A DNA stretch of 64,000 nt, taken from the NCBI GenBank assembly GCA_046349875.1, contig JAXMBN010000022.1, positions 34,274 to 98,273 of the forward strand. The letters run 5' to 3'. The position numbers and the translations under genes were made by a program. The notes beneath the pieces were generated by a model. It did no database searches. It saw nothing but the letters and a program-made list of their open reading frames with translations, and was not told where the DNA came from. The stretch comes from Pirellulales bacterium. GTDB taxonomy: Bacteria; Planctomycetota; Planctomycetia; Pirellulales; Pirellulaceae. This document shows positions 1 through 10,065 of the stretch, in pieces; within the stretch, counting starts at the first letter, position 1, and each line of letters starts with the position of its first letter.

Positions 1-496
1 GCGTCTTCTCTTCGATCTAAGTCACCTTGCAATTCAGACTGATTCCACACGACTCATCACCATCATGTTAGCTGGGTCAAGCTTCGCTCCACCTATTGAA
101 GGCGTATCATTGGGACATCATGATCTTTCGCACCACGGAAAGGATCCCGCCAAACTGGCTCAGCTGAAGATCGTCGAGTTGGAAACCATGAAAACGGTAG
201 GAGAACTTCTTACTAAACTTAAGCAATCCATTGAAGGTAGCGAGAACTTGCTCGATCGAACCACAGTATTCCTTGGAAGCAATCTTGGTGATGGAAGTAG
301 CCACTCCACCAAAAACCTACCTGTTCTTCTGGCAGGCGGTAACTTTCGACATGGTCAACACTTGGCGTTCGATGCTGATAATCCACCACCATTATGCAAC
401 CTTTACGTCAATATGCTCCAGAGCCTCGGTATTGAAAAAGAGTCATTCAGTAGCAGTACAGGAACCATTGCTGGATTGGAAATCAAGCCAAACTAA
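1..496 (+). CDS. DUF1552 (HXXSHH-family) protein, C-terminal fragment. The gene starts upstream of the window.
   Basis: ORF 65..496 is in the same frame as sequence running to the window edge. Motif LGHHDLSHHGKD matches HxxSHH. This family is typical of Planctomycetes. Confidence 0.6.
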   Translation, partial: RLLFDLSHLAIQTDSTRLITIMLAGSSFAPPIEGVSLGHHDLSHHGKDPAKLAQLKIVELETMKTVGELLTKLKQSIEGSENLLDRTTVFLGSNLGDGSSHSTKNLPVLLAGGNFRHGQHLAFDADNPPPLCNLYVNMLQSLGIEKESFSSSTGTIAGLEIKPN

Positions 497-514
497 GTGA
501 AATGATTTCTTGAT

Positions 515-1378
515 TTACTCGGGGACTTCCGGCCCAAACGAGTTTGGGGCAAGCAGAGATTTGTAATAGGTACTCGACCAATATTGTGGAAGCGGAGTTT
601 CCCATCGCCCACGCCCCAAGGCCGTTTGCTGACAGGCGTAGACGAACGCCAGTGATTGAATAACTATGGCCGCTATCACTATTACCACTGAAACGCGATG
701 CCCTAGCCTCTGGCTTGCCAAGGCGAGTAACTCGAAGATTTGAATGGCATGCAGTGCTATTCCATGAGGAAATTTCAGCACTCCACGTTGACCGAAGATC
801 TCTGGAGCCCTTCCTTGGTTCTGAAGCCAATGACCGATCAACGTAATTGCATATCCAATCGAGCACGAGATCAGAAGAAAAACTAGTCCTCCGGTTATCG
901 CGATCCTTCTTGAAGAAGTTTCCTCGCAAGTATCTTTCCAAGCATCTAAAAAGAAACATCGAATCATCAATTTCGCGATTACGATCACTGCAATCGAGAT
1001 CAGCGCCAGCATCGCAGTCTCGATCGATACCCCGAAACTACATTGAAGGTTGAAGTGACTGCGTTCCCCTCGCCATGTCTGTAGCGTGATAAGAAACACT
1101 TCACCCAAGAGCGAACTAGCCAAGATTAGGCGTTCTAGCTTGTCCGATCGCAATGGCTTCAACGCCTGGAAGACTCGTTCACAAGACCAAAGTGTGAGAC
1201 CTGTAGAAATGCCGAATAGGATGGCCTTTCGAAATGACAGCGGATCTTCCCACTCCCTGGATCCTATTAAGAAAAGAGGTATGTGTAACACGCCAGAAAG
1301 GATCAAAGCCCCAATTGTCGAATCAACCCAACGTTTGGCAATCTCTTGATCGACGATTTTAGACAGCATACGCATCAA
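515..1378 (-). CDS. Hypothetical integral membrane protein (287 aa, multiple hydrophobic helices).
   Basis: Long minus-strand ORF with several hydrophobic segments. Its start overlaps the folE2 stop by 20 nt. No recognisable catalytic motifs. Confidence 0.5.
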   Translation of the reverse strand: MMRMLSKIVDQEIAKRWVDSTIGALILSGVLHIPLFLIGSREWEDPLSFRKAILFGISTGLTLWSCERVFQALKPLRSDKLERLILASSLLGEVFLITLQTWRGERSHFNLQCSFGVSIETAMLALISIAVIVIAKLMIRCFFLDAWKDTCEETSSRRIAITGGLVFLLISCSIGYAITLIGHWLQNQGRAPEIFGQRGVLKFPHGIALHAIQIFELLALASQRLGHRVSVVIVIAAIVIQSLAFVYACQQTALGRGRWETPLPQYWSSTYYKSLLAPNSFGPEVPE

Positions 1379-2342
1379 GGCCGTTACGAGAATGAAATCC
1401 GTTTACAGAGTAGACTTCGCATTTAAACGCGTCGAATGCCTTTTCCGATATTTTCACCGGCCATTTGACAAGAGAGGCGGACCTTCGCCTAGCGGAGCGT
1501 TCTTGACATCTATGCGAACCGCGCGGTCTGATTTGATTATCACTTAGCCTTACTGATGTAAGCATAGGCGTTATGATTGTGAATGGACTCAAATTCTCTG
1601 AAAAGCACTCGTACCATACGATTCGTTCATCAGCATTCAGAACGATGGCCATATCTCGAACGATATCCTCTACAAATTTCGGATTTTCGTATGCCCGTTC
1701 GGTAACCCACTTCTCATCGGGTCGTTTCAATACTGAAAAAACTTGAGTAGACGCACATTTTTCAACCATCGAAAAGAGCTCTTCGATCCAGAGGTGCTGT
1801 CCATCCGACAGTCGAACTCTCACTGTCAGTTCGCATCTCTGATTATGGGCGCCGTACGCAGATATTTCTTTGGAGCAGGGACATAAACTCGTAGCAGGGA
1901 CTTTGATTCCGAGAATGAAATCGTCGGTACCATTGCTTGACATCTCGAAAGAAACGTCGATATCAAGCTTGCCCGAACGGCCCGTAACAGGTGCCTTCTT
2001 ATCAATAAAATAGGGGAAGGAAAGCTCCAAATGCACTTGCTCGGCATTTAGTCGCTCCTTCATCGTTCGGCAAATATCGCTCAGCATGTCAGAAGACAGG
2101 GACTCGTGATACTCATTCAGCACCTCGAGGAATCGAGACATATGTGTCCCTTTCACCTCCGGAGGGAGCCCTACAAACATATTAATCGTAGCAACCGTCG
2201 TTTGAGTTCCTGTTCCCGACCCCGATCCTGGTGTGCGAAGGGTGATTGGATACCGAACGGCCTTCACCCCAACTTTGTTGATTGCAACATTACGACGATC
2301 TCCGGTGGATTGAATGTCCGGAAGTGAAGAGGGCGATTCCAT
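1359..2342 (-). CDS. folE2: GTP cyclohydrolase FolE2/MptA (type IB), with a probable 1-nt indel near the 3' end.
   Basis: Conserved FolE2 blocks KGTHMSRF and CPCSKEISAYGAHNQR. The annotated ORF has an abnormal 60-aa tail. Adding one T to the A-run at plus 1591-1593 restores the canonical C-terminus ENFESIHNHNAYA, with a stop at about 1540-1542. Confidence 0.8.
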   Translation of the reverse strand: MESPSSLPDIQSTGDRRNVAINKVGVKAVRYPITLRTPGSGSGTGTQTTVATINMFVGLPPEVKGTHMSRFLEVLNEYHESLSSDMLSDICRTMKERLNAEQVHLELSFPYFIDKKAPVTGRSGKLDIDVSFEMSSNGTDDFILGIKVPATSLCPCSKEISAYGAHNQRCELTVRVRLSDGQHLWIEELFSMVEKCASTQVFSVLKRPDEKWVTERAYENPKFVEDIVRDMAIVLNADERIVWYECFSENLSPFTIITPMLTSVRLSDNQIRPRGSHRCQERSARRRSASLVKWPVKISEKAFDAFKCEVYSVNGFHSRNGLDAYAV

Positions 2343-2456
2343 AATCCTGAACCTATTCTCTCAAAGGTGAAAAACGGTGAGCGTTGGAGCACTGTAGTCA
2401 GGTCGCCGTCTTTGGAAAGTCCCTCTTCTCCGGATACTTGATATCCCCCACCACTC

Positions 2457-2520
2457 GCCACAAGGTGCCATCCACCTTTTGTTGACGCCCCACACAAGGT
2501 GCCAGCCACCTACTGTTGAC
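2457..2520 (+). repeat. Left terminal repeat pair (two ~27-bp units, A-type then B-type).
   Basis: Unit 1 is gccacaaggtgccatccaccttttgttgac (2457-2486). Unit 2 is cccacacaaggtgccagccacctactgttgac (2488-2520). Confidence 0.7.
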
Positions 2521-2543
2521 TTCGGAAGTTGTCGCGCTAGGAT
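2516..2543 (+). promoter_or_regulatory. Candidate sigma70-like promoter inside the left repeat (TTGACT-16 nt-TAGGAT) driving the transposase.
   Basis: The repeat unit ends in TGTTGACT. TAGGAT lies 16 nt downstream, about 20 nt before the ATG at 2563. Hexamer match only. Confidence 0.25.
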
Positions 2544-2562
2544 TCATCGGAGGAGTTGAATC

Positions 2563-3795
2563 ATGGCGCGACCAAAGCGGGAATCGGTGTTTGGGCAAGA
2601 GGAAGTCGCCATCGCTCATTGCGTCCAGCGATGTGTGCGAAGGGCCTTTCTTGCAGGCAAAGATGAGGCGTCGGGAAAAGATTTCGAACACCGGCGAGGC
2701 TGGATTCGACATAGGATGGAACTGCTAGCATCCGCCTTCGGTGTCGATGTGCTGAACTATGCGGTCATGTCGAACCACGTGCATTCGATCCTTCGAACCC
2801 GGCCAGACATCGTAAAACTGTGGTCGGATGAAGATGTCGCCACGCGTTGGTTGAGGCTTTTCCCCGGGAAAAGACTGGATGATTGCCTAGGTGAACCAAC
2901 GCAACAGCAGATCGCGAAAGAAATGGCCGATGCCAAGCGAATGCTGGAACTTCGCAAGCGATTATCGAGTATTTCTTGGTTCATGCGAGCTGTATCTGAG
3001 CCTATTGCTCGCAAAGCCAATAATGAAGACAAGTGCACAGGTCGCTTCTGGGAAGGACGCTTTAAAGCTCAGAAGATTGTCGATGAAGCGGGGCTCTTGG
3101 CCTGCGCGATGTATGTCGATCTGAATCCCGTGCGAGCCGCCATGGCAAAAACTTCAGAGGCATCTAGATTTACCTCGGCCTATGATCGCATCAAGGCACA
3201 AAAAGGTTCTAAAAGAATCGCGGCAGCGATTGCATTGGAACCTTCGAGGATCGATGAAAAGACGATTCTGCAGCAGATCAAGTTGGCCAAGCGGCTTCGC
3301 GACAAAGAAGAAGTTGCTCGATTACAAAAGTGTCTAAGCGACTTTCGTGCAGAAAACGAAAAAAATTCAAAAGAAAAACAACGAGCCAAAAGCAAAGCCA
3401 ACGCTTCATGCCTAAGGCCTGTGGATGCATGGCTTGCGCCGCTACAACTCAACGAACATGATGTCATCGGTCCCAAGCCACATCATGGAGGAACACGAGC
3501 CAGCGATAAGGGCTTCTTGTCAATGACGCTTGCCGAGTACTCGACGCTGCTCGATTGGACGGGACGTCAAAACCGCCCAGACAAACGTGGCAAGATACCC
3601 GATGACCTTCAACCGATCCTCGAGCGAATCGGAATTGAAGGTTCGATGTGGTGTGACTTGGTGTGGGATTTCTCCAAGTACTTTGGGAAGTGTTATGCTG
3701 CGGGCAAGCCAGTAAACCTTCAAAAGGAAGCCGAGAACCGCAACATCGCCTGGAGTCGTGGCCAACGTTCCTGCCGCGCCTGCTTTACCGAGTAG
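2563..3795 (+). CDS. Y1 HUH tyrosine transposase (IS200/IS605 TnpA-like or REP-associated RAYT-like) with a C-terminal extension of about 200 aa.
   Basis: HUH motif in VMSNHVHSIL. Catalytic-Tyr region FWEGRFKAQKIVDE...AMYVDLNPVRAAMAK matches the Y(I/V)xxNPVRAGL block. 410 aa. Confidence 0.75.
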   Translation: MARPKRESVFGQEEVAIAHCVQRCVRRAFLAGKDEASGKDFEHRRGWIRHRMELLASAFGVDVLNYAVMSNHVHSILRTRPDIVKLWSDEDVATRWLRLFPGKRLDDCLGEPTQQQIAKEMADAKRMLELRKRLSSISWFMRAVSEPIARKANNEDKCTGRFWEGRFKAQKIVDEAGLLACAMYVDLNPVRAAMAKTSEASRFTSAYDRIKAQKGSKRIAAAIALEPSRIDEKTILQQIKLAKRLRDKEEVARLQKCLSDFRAENEKNSKEKQRAKSKANASCLRPVDAWLAPLQLNEHDVIGPKPHHGGTRASDKGFLSMTLAEYSTLLDWTGRQNRPDKRGKIPDDLQPILERIGIEGSMWCDLVWDFSKYFGKCYAAGKPVNLQKEAENRNIAWSRGQRSCRACFTE

Positions 3796-3980
3796 TTTTT
3801 TCTACCACTACTCCATCTTCAAGCGATCTCAAACGACACTCTGTCTAGCGGTCCGCGCATTCTCTCCCATCGAAAGGCATTTTCGCCTTCTTCTGGCATC
3901 CATCTCTGCCAAAAGCCGAACCGAATGAGCTCTCTAAGCTCATTTTCAGCCCCCAAAACCTGCAAACGAACCCAAATTCC

Positions 3981-4045
3981 GTCATCAACAATAGGTGGCT
4001 GACACCTTGTGCGCGGGTCAATAAAAGGTGGATGGCACGTTGTGT
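3981..4045 (-). repeat. Right terminal repeat pair (inverted copies of the left units, B' then A').
   Basis: gtcatcaacaataggtggctgacaccttgtg (3981-4011) and gtcaataaaaggtggatggcacgttgtg (4018-4045). Each differs by 2-3 mismatches from the reverse complement of the left unit. Confidence 0.7.
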
Positions 4046-4500
4046 TGAAAGCGTGGCGATAAGATATTGGGCATGCTCTGTTTAGAGATGGTGGATTCCA
4101 CCGCTCATTCCCGAATGGATGCGATGGTTCTTTCCAGATCGTGGTGATTTCCTGGCTGCCGTTGGCAATCTCTCATCGTGCAAGCTTTGCTGGCAATTTC
4201 GCCGCGGATTCAAAAGTGGCGCACGATCTATGCCATTGTTTTCGATTTGCTTTCCCGAAGAGATCCAAGAGCTTCGACTCAGTGACAATAGCTCTTTTTG
4301 GGATCAGGGTTACCCGGCATTGATGCTGACGGATACCAGCTTTCTCAGAACCCTTACTATCATCAACCCACCGACACCCCTGACACGTTGGACTACCAAC
4401 GTATGACCGACGTCACACTCGGCGTTGCCTCCACCCTCCAACACCTCGACTCCTAACTCAAAAGAAACGCTCTTTGTTGGCAATTAATGATCAACTTGTG

Positions 4501-7500
4501 TTAACGCAACACTTCCGATTGTTTTAGAGCTTTGAGAATTGATGCAGCCAAATCGGGAATCGTAAATGGCTTTTGAACGAAGATTGGATTCTCACCCGCT
4601 GTCATACTCTGGAAAGCTTCCTCATTCAGATAGCCGCTCATAAGAATCACAGGCAATTTTGGAACCACAGCGCGGACCTTATTGGCTAGTTCTGAACCAG
4701 TCATTTGTGGCATGGAATAGTCGGTGATGAGAAGCTGAAAACTGTTTGGGGATTCTAGCAGTTGCTGAAGTCCCTCCGCAGCTGCAGTGACGGTTGTCAC
4801 AGAATATCCGAGATGCTTCAAAACATGTTCGGTGTGTTTCCCAACGGATGGTTCATCGTCGACGAGTAAAATTGATTCCTTTCGTTCTGGAGTCGATCTA
4901 AATTGATTGGCAACGGGCTGTAAACCCAAGTCCAACGGATCGACCGCCGCACCATCGTCTTTGTTTTGGACAATCGGCATCAATAACTGGAATGTCGTTC
5001 CTTGATTGGGCACGCTTGTTACCGCGAGCCCTCCGTGATTCTGTCGCACAATCCCATGTACAACGGCCAATCCAAGCCCGGTACCTTTTTCGGGCCCTTT
5101 GCTCGTATAGAAGGGCTCGAAAATCTTTGGCAGACACTCCGGTGCAATCCCGTTTCCATTATCCGTAACCCACAAAGATACGTAGCTCCCGGTCTTGGGT
5201 TTCACGATCCATGCCACACCATCCTCTTCCGACGCAATCACCACATTGCTCGTTCGGACTCCAATCCGCCCCTCGTCGGTAATTGCGTCGCGGGCATTGA
5301 GAACTAAATTCATGAGCAGTTGCTCAAGTTGTCCTTGATCAAGCCTTACATTTGCGAGATTTTCAGCGAGATCAAAATGGATGTGAATACGGTTCGGGAT
5401 CAGTTGTCGCAGCAACGGACCAAAGCTCTGAACAGACGAATTGATATTCAGAACTACCGGTCGAATAATCTGCTTTCGGCTAAAGGTTAGCAACTGTCGA
5501 GTTAACAACGCCGACTTTTCGGATGCGGACTCGATGGCGGACACATGTTCTGTTACTTGTTGCGAAATCGGCAACTTTCGTAACTCTGCCCCTAGTAAGT
5601 AGCAGTTCAAATTTACGATGGCCAAAGTGTTGTTGAGATCGTGAGCAATGCCGCCTGCCAAGTGCCCCGCGACCTCCATCTTGACGGAATACCTTAGTTG
5701 CTCTTCCGCTTTGACCTGTTCGGTTACATTTTGGACAATGCCATCCATAGATGACAAAACACCATCTACGTGGTGGGACCGAATCAAGCACCGGATCCAT
5801 CGAACTTCCTGATTCGGCAGAACGATCCGATATTGAAAGTCTTCACGATCGCTCGATCTTGTCGCTTGCTCTAAATACTCTTGAAATGCTGTGCGATCCT
5901 CTTCCGCAACCAAGGCGCAATACTCCTCGACCGTGGGTGGGCGTTGACTTGGATCGAGTCCATGAATCACAAAACACTGCTTGGACCAACTTGAACATCC
6001 AGTGTCGGCTTGCCAGATAAACGAACCCATTTGACCGAGCGACTGCGCGTCTTCCAAGGAGGCCAGCGTTTCCTTCTGTTCCCTTTCCACCAATTGCCTC
6101 GCTTTAGCTTCCTCCACCAATCTCCGATTGGTGGTATCCAATTCCAAGGTTCGATCGACAACGCGAGCCTCAAGGGATTCGTTAGCTCGATGCAATTCGT
6201 TGCGGGCAATCTCCAAACGAGACTTAGCTGTGTTGGCTTGCTTCCAACAGTAGATCGTTGTCGCTAGCCCCAAAGCCAAGCCAGCAGATAACATCGATAC
6301 GATATAAAGCGTAAAGCGGATGGGCCATGGTGGACCAGCTACCCAGTCAATGTCGGCAAGTGAGCGAATAAGCAGAACTTGCGTGTCCACATTGTCCATG
6401 GAAACCGGTGTCAACAACCCGCTTACACGGTATTCGGCTCCTCGCTGCAACTTTGGAAGTGTGCGTGTGGCAACATCATCCACGAGTCGGCATGTCAGCT
6501 TGGAATCCCCAGCGTAAAAGGAGAGTATGACCTCTGAATGAAAAGCGCTCACATCCCAGTAAGTCGCATTGAGCGTCACCATTTGATTGCGATATTCTGT
6601 TGTGTTCGCCACTGGTTTTCCCCGCGCAATGGTTCTTCCTGCGGCCGCTGAACTTGTAGATAACACCGTTCCATACTGCAACCACTGTCGGTCCCCTTCG
6701 CGTTTCAACACCCCTAAAACCTCGACGCGCTTCGTACCTTCAGGAAGTATTGTGTTGTTGAGTTTCCAATCGATGCCGAAGCCCTTTTCCACTAGCCAAG
6801 TCTCGTCTGCATCGCTGCAAAAGATGTCACCGGCGATCCTGACCACTGGATTCTTAATGCTTGACTTCAGCAATGATTCCTCGACGGTGCTTACAGGGGT
6901 AGCGTCTAAAATATCCAAATGCGTTGCCAGCATCTTGAACGACTCTGGGTTGGGTACGATGATCTTAACGGGCCGAGCATTTCCTTCCTGTGGAATCACA
7001 ATTCCACACACTTCTACCTCGGATGGTTCGTACACCTTGGGATCGATTCGAAAACTCGAATGAAATACAAGAGCTTCGACTCCCTCTGAAAGCAGCCCAT
7101 ACTCCATTTGCCCCGCAATGTTTGTTAGCCCAACGATGTGCCCGCGAACTCTCACAAAATCGGCGTCTACCCGATCATCAATAATATTTTGAATCGTTCG
7201 AAGTTTCGGATTTGGCAATACACCCTTGGATCTTGAAGCGATCTTCGAAACCATGACGAACGAGTTTCGATGCCCGGCAGCCGATACGCCGTGCAATTCC
7301 ACCTCTTCGCCCACTTCCATTGGCCAAAAGGATGCCTCAGCCTCGCTATTGAGTGCTTCGCAGAAAATTCCTCCGGAAGCGTCTTCAAGAAAGAAACCTT
7401 TCCATCCTTCCGGCACACAGGTAATCACGCCATGCAGAACGACAGGCAGTTGCTTTGCGGCTTCTTCGGCAGAGAGATATTTCGCTTCGAAGGTAGTGCG

Positions 7501-7623
7501 AATCGGCTCTTGTCCTTGAATCGGCCGCATTCCAACTGCCACCCCAAACACCACAAGAATGGCTAAACACCAACACTTCGTTGGAGAGCTTTGAGGATCA
7601 AAATGTGAATTTCGTATTCTCAT
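4501..7623 (-). CDS. Hybrid sensor histidine kinase / response regulator: signal anchor, ~480-aa periplasmic domain, TM, coiled coil, PAS, HisKA, HATPase and C-terminal REC.
   Basis: HisKA region AGHLAGGIAHDLNNTL. HATPase GTGLGLAVVHGIV. REC ILLVDDEPSV...ITDYSMPQMTG...KPF. The ORF is open to 7878, but MRIRNSHF...CWCLAILVVFGVAVG (start 7621-7623) looks like the signal-anchor start. Confidence 0.8.
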   Translation of the reverse strand: MRIRNSHFDPQSSPTKCWCLAILVVFGVAVGMRPIQGQEPIRTTFEAKYLSAEEAAKQLPVVLHGVITCVPEGWKGFFLEDASGGIFCEALNSEAEASFWPMEVGEEVELHGVSAAGHRNSFVMVSKIASRSKGVLPNPKLRTIQNIIDDRVDADFVRVRGHIVGLTNIAGQMEYGLLSEGVEALVFHSSFRIDPKVYEPSEVEVCGIVIPQEGNARPVKIIVPNPESFKMLATHLDILDATPVSTVEESLLKSSIKNPVVRIAGDIFCSDADETWLVEKGFGIDWKLNNTILPEGTKRVEVLGVLKREGDRQWLQYGTVLSTSSAAAGRTIARGKPVANTTEYRNQMVTLNATYWDVSAFHSEVILSFYAGDSKLTCRLVDDVATRTLPKLQRGAEYRVSGLLTPVSMDNVDTQVLLIRSLADIDWVAGPPWPIRFTLYIVSMLSAGLALGLATTIYCWKQANTAKSRLEIARNELHRANESLEARVVDRTLELDTTNRRLVEEAKARQLVEREQKETLASLEDAQSLGQMGSFIWQADTGCSSWSKQCFVIHGLDPSQRPPTVEEYCALVAEEDRTAFQEYLEQATRSSDREDFQYRIVLPNQEVRWIRCLIRSHHVDGVLSSMDGIVQNVTEQVKAEEQLRYSVKMEVAGHLAGGIAHDLNNTLAIVNLNCYLLGAELRKLPISQQVTEHVSAIESASEKSALLTRQLLTFSRKQIIRPVVLNINSSVQSFGPLLRQLIPNRIHIHFDLAENLANVRLDQGQLEQLLMNLVLNARDAITDEGRIGVRTSNVVIASEEDGVAWIVKPKTGSYVSLWVTDNGNGIAPECLPKIFEPFYTSKGPEKGTGLGLAVVHGIVRQNHGGLAVTSVPNQGTTFQLLMPIVQNKDDGAAVDPLDLGLQPVANQFRSTPERKESILLVDDEPSVGKHTEHVLKHLGYSVTTVTAAAEGLQQLLESPNSFQLLITDYSMPQMTGSELANKVRAVVPKLPVILMSGYLNEEAFQSMTAGENPIFVQKPFTIPDLAASILKALKQSEVLR

Positions 7624-7966
7624 TCGGATATTCCAGAACCTAATCCTGATAGCGCCACGAACTCCAATGCTCGGCGGGTACTTAGTTTGAGGATTCCCTA
7701 TTTGGATCTCAACATGCCCTCCCACTTTTTTGGGTAACTTCTCGACCTTTCCTTTTCCCTTCGCGTCGACTTTCTCCCCTACAACACATACCGAAATTTC
7801 GCAGTCTTGCCTGCGTAATCTGGATATTGGTGATCCGATGCCGCGGAGCGAACTACATAGCGAGTTCATGCTATGCATTCCTTAGAGATTCATCGAAACC
7901 CCAAGAACTAAAAAACGAGCGACAGTTTCAACTATGGCAAGATAGAACCGCTAGCGATTCGTTTGG

Positions 7967-9829
7967 TCAGTCTATGCTTGACTCTTCGACTCCCCATTGG
8001 CTTTTCGAAAGGGATCGATTCGTGGCACGAAAATATGCGTCACAAGCCAAAAATGCAGAAACTGCATCGCGCGAACTACCTTCTGCGGAATCGCTTTTGT
8101 AGATATCCGGCGATGAATCTTGGCGAACGGCGTGAACCAAATCTTCAAGTAGTTGAGAAGCGGTTGGCAACATAAGCCTACTGAATAGCAGGCGATCGCG
8201 TCGATGCGACTTACTTGCTAGGTCGGGAACCGAATCCCGACCACCTAATACCAAACCAATCAGACGGCGATCTAGAGGAGCCGTATACTTGGCGTTCGAG
8301 TTCACCAAGTGGCCGTTGCTTTCCATGTCTATTTCTTCCGACCATCGCTCGATGCCACGGATGTAATGCCGTTCCAAGCGATCGAGACCAAAACTGCAAA
8401 CCTCTTGCCAGGTGTCGGGCAATTCCAGTAAGGGCCTATTATGGTCGTCACCGGTCGGCAATGGTGCGATCCCATGGACTGCCATAAGGTCCGCACTCAA
8501 TGGTTCATCCCATTTTACTCGGACTAAACATCGTAATCGAAGCCGAGGACATCTCGCGAGCAATTGCAGGTTATGCCTGAACTCCAGTTCGGGCGCGTCG
8601 ATAGCGATCCCCAGCTTCCAATGTTGCGTTACATCATCTACCTGAACCACAACCTTCGCATCGAGAGCTCCAACTACCGTCGCATCGAATGCGATCAAAT
8701 CCCAACCCGCCGGACGATGATCTTCAGGAATGTCTAGCCATGCAAAGACTGCCCGGACTTGCTGCGCGACCGAATCGCTGAATCTACCAAAACGAAACGG
8801 TTGCGTTGACTCTTTTTTCGCCAGCGCCCAGCGTGTGGTTTTCCCCTTGCCCAATCTTCCATCACTCGATGCCGTTAACTCTTGCACTGTATAGGTACTG
8901 CGGCAGAGAGATTTTGCTTCGACGGTTACTCCACCTAATTCTATTCCCCCGCGATAGGCTTGATGAACCAAACTCATGTCACCGGTTCGCAATTCGTTCA
9001 CCGTATAAAGGTCACCTTGCGCCGTATCCTGCATGAGCACACTAACGCCTGCGAATCCGCTTCGCGTCCATATGGGCTCGGCCATGATCCCATTCAATTT
9101 TCGGACATCGATTTCTTCGAATGAACGGCGAGCCTGACCGATAATCCATCGAGGAACGTTTGCATGATTTGCAATCCAATGGCAAGCCAGCAACGCTGAA
9201 GCCACATCCTCTTTCAACAACGGAGAACTAGCTTGGTCGGATTGCTGCCGGAATCGCTGGACACCTTCGGCTATTCGCAAGACCGTATGACTCAAGGCGT
9301 ACAACTCCGAAACGCGGCATGTGTGTCCCGCTCGAAGCATCGTGGATTGGACCAAAGTTCCTGCATTTCGAGCACCGACTTGCAACAATGTTGCCAGCGA
9401 TTCGCGAACCTTGCTTGCCGCGCTTCGCATCGATTCGGTCACCTCAACCATCGGGTTCGGTCTCGACGAATTCGCCTCCGATGTGAAGGCCTCTTTCGTC
9501 GCAATCAAGTCCTCCGATTCAGAAAGAACTTGAACTTCATCCGTATTCAAGGAGAGGCAGCTACAGCAAGCAAGAATGTGAAAGCACTTAGGGGCCATCA
9601 AGCAGGTGCAAGAAACTTGATGGATCTTTTCGAGAGTGCCGTTTGCACTCTCCAAACGAACCGTCTCCTCATGGGCTTGAACAGTCCAGATAAGTTCGGT
9701 TTGTCTCCAAATCCAAGTTTCCGCTATCCCAGGACTGCCATCCAAGCGTTTACGGACACGCCCGGGAACTTGTTCAACAAGTTCGGCAAGAAGTAGCGGG
9801 GCAATCTTGGGGCGTTTGGTGTCAGACAA
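7967..9829 (-). CDS. SWIM zinc-finger domain protein (YehQ-like), 620 aa, intact.
   Basis: CxCx5CxH signature in QVSCTCLMAPKCFHILAC. Size and context match the SWIM component of the yehLMPQ / SWIM-AAA-DUF5682-VWA cluster. Confidence 0.65.
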   Translation of the reverse strand: MSDTKRPKIAPLLLAELVEQVPGRVRKRLDGSPGIAETWIWRQTELIWTVQAHEETVRLESANGTLEKIHQVSCTCLMAPKCFHILACCSCLSLNTDEVQVLSESEDLIATKEAFTSEANSSRPNPMVEVTESMRSAASKVRESLATLLQVGARNAGTLVQSTMLRAGHTCRVSELYALSHTVLRIAEGVQRFRQQSDQASSPLLKEDVASALLACHWIANHANVPRWIIGQARRSFEEIDVRKLNGIMAEPIWTRSGFAGVSVLMQDTAQGDLYTVNELRTGDMSLVHQAYRGGIELGGVTVEAKSLCRSTYTVQELTASSDGRLGKGKTTRWALAKKESTQPFRFGRFSDSVAQQVRAVFAWLDIPEDHRPAGWDLIAFDATVVGALDAKVVVQVDDVTQHWKLGIAIDAPELEFRHNLQLLARCPRLRLRCLVRVKWDEPLSADLMAVHGIAPLPTGDDHNRPLLELPDTWQEVCSFGLDRLERHYIRGIERWSEEIDMESNGHLVNSNAKYTAPLDRRLIGLVLGGRDSVPDLASKSHRRDRLLFSRLMLPTASQLLEDLVHAVRQDSSPDIYKSDSAEGSSRDAVSAFLACDAYFRATNRSLSKSQWGVEESSID

Positions 9830-10065
9830 GAATCACAATCCTTTGGCAAACACGGTCGTTCACTTCCACACATTCAGGGCGAACATCACCAGGATAGTTA
9901 TATCGAAAACCCAAGCCAACTCGATATCTACATTGCCGATTCTTATCGCGGCTCTTATCACTTTTGAATAACGTCCTATATTCCCCTTTCGTGCTATCCA
10001 TCCGTTATGATGATGGATCGTAAAAGCAATCGGTGAATCTTCTCTCCCTCGTCTTCGAATTCATC

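Larger units (their letters stand above)
2457..4045. mobile_element. IS-like element of about 1.59 kb: a single Y1 HUH transposase gene flanked by nested inverted repeat pairs (REPIN/RAYT-like or IS200-like variant).
   Basis: Left end 2457-2520 holds two direct copies of a CACAAGGTGCCA(T/G)CCACCT..TGTTGAC unit. Right end 3981-4045 holds the two reverse complements (AGGTGGCTGACACCTTGTG and AGGTGGATGGCACGTTGTG) in mirror order. Only one ORF lies between. Confidence 0.65.

Noticed and set aside
9233-9796. A 187-aa plus-strand ORF inside the SWIM gene (and similar internal ORFs at 5002-5307, 6587-7063, 47400-48398 and 53012-54305).
   Set aside because: These are shadow ORFs antisense to long, well-supported genes. 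Their compositions are Arg/Ser/Cys-rich and non-protein-like.
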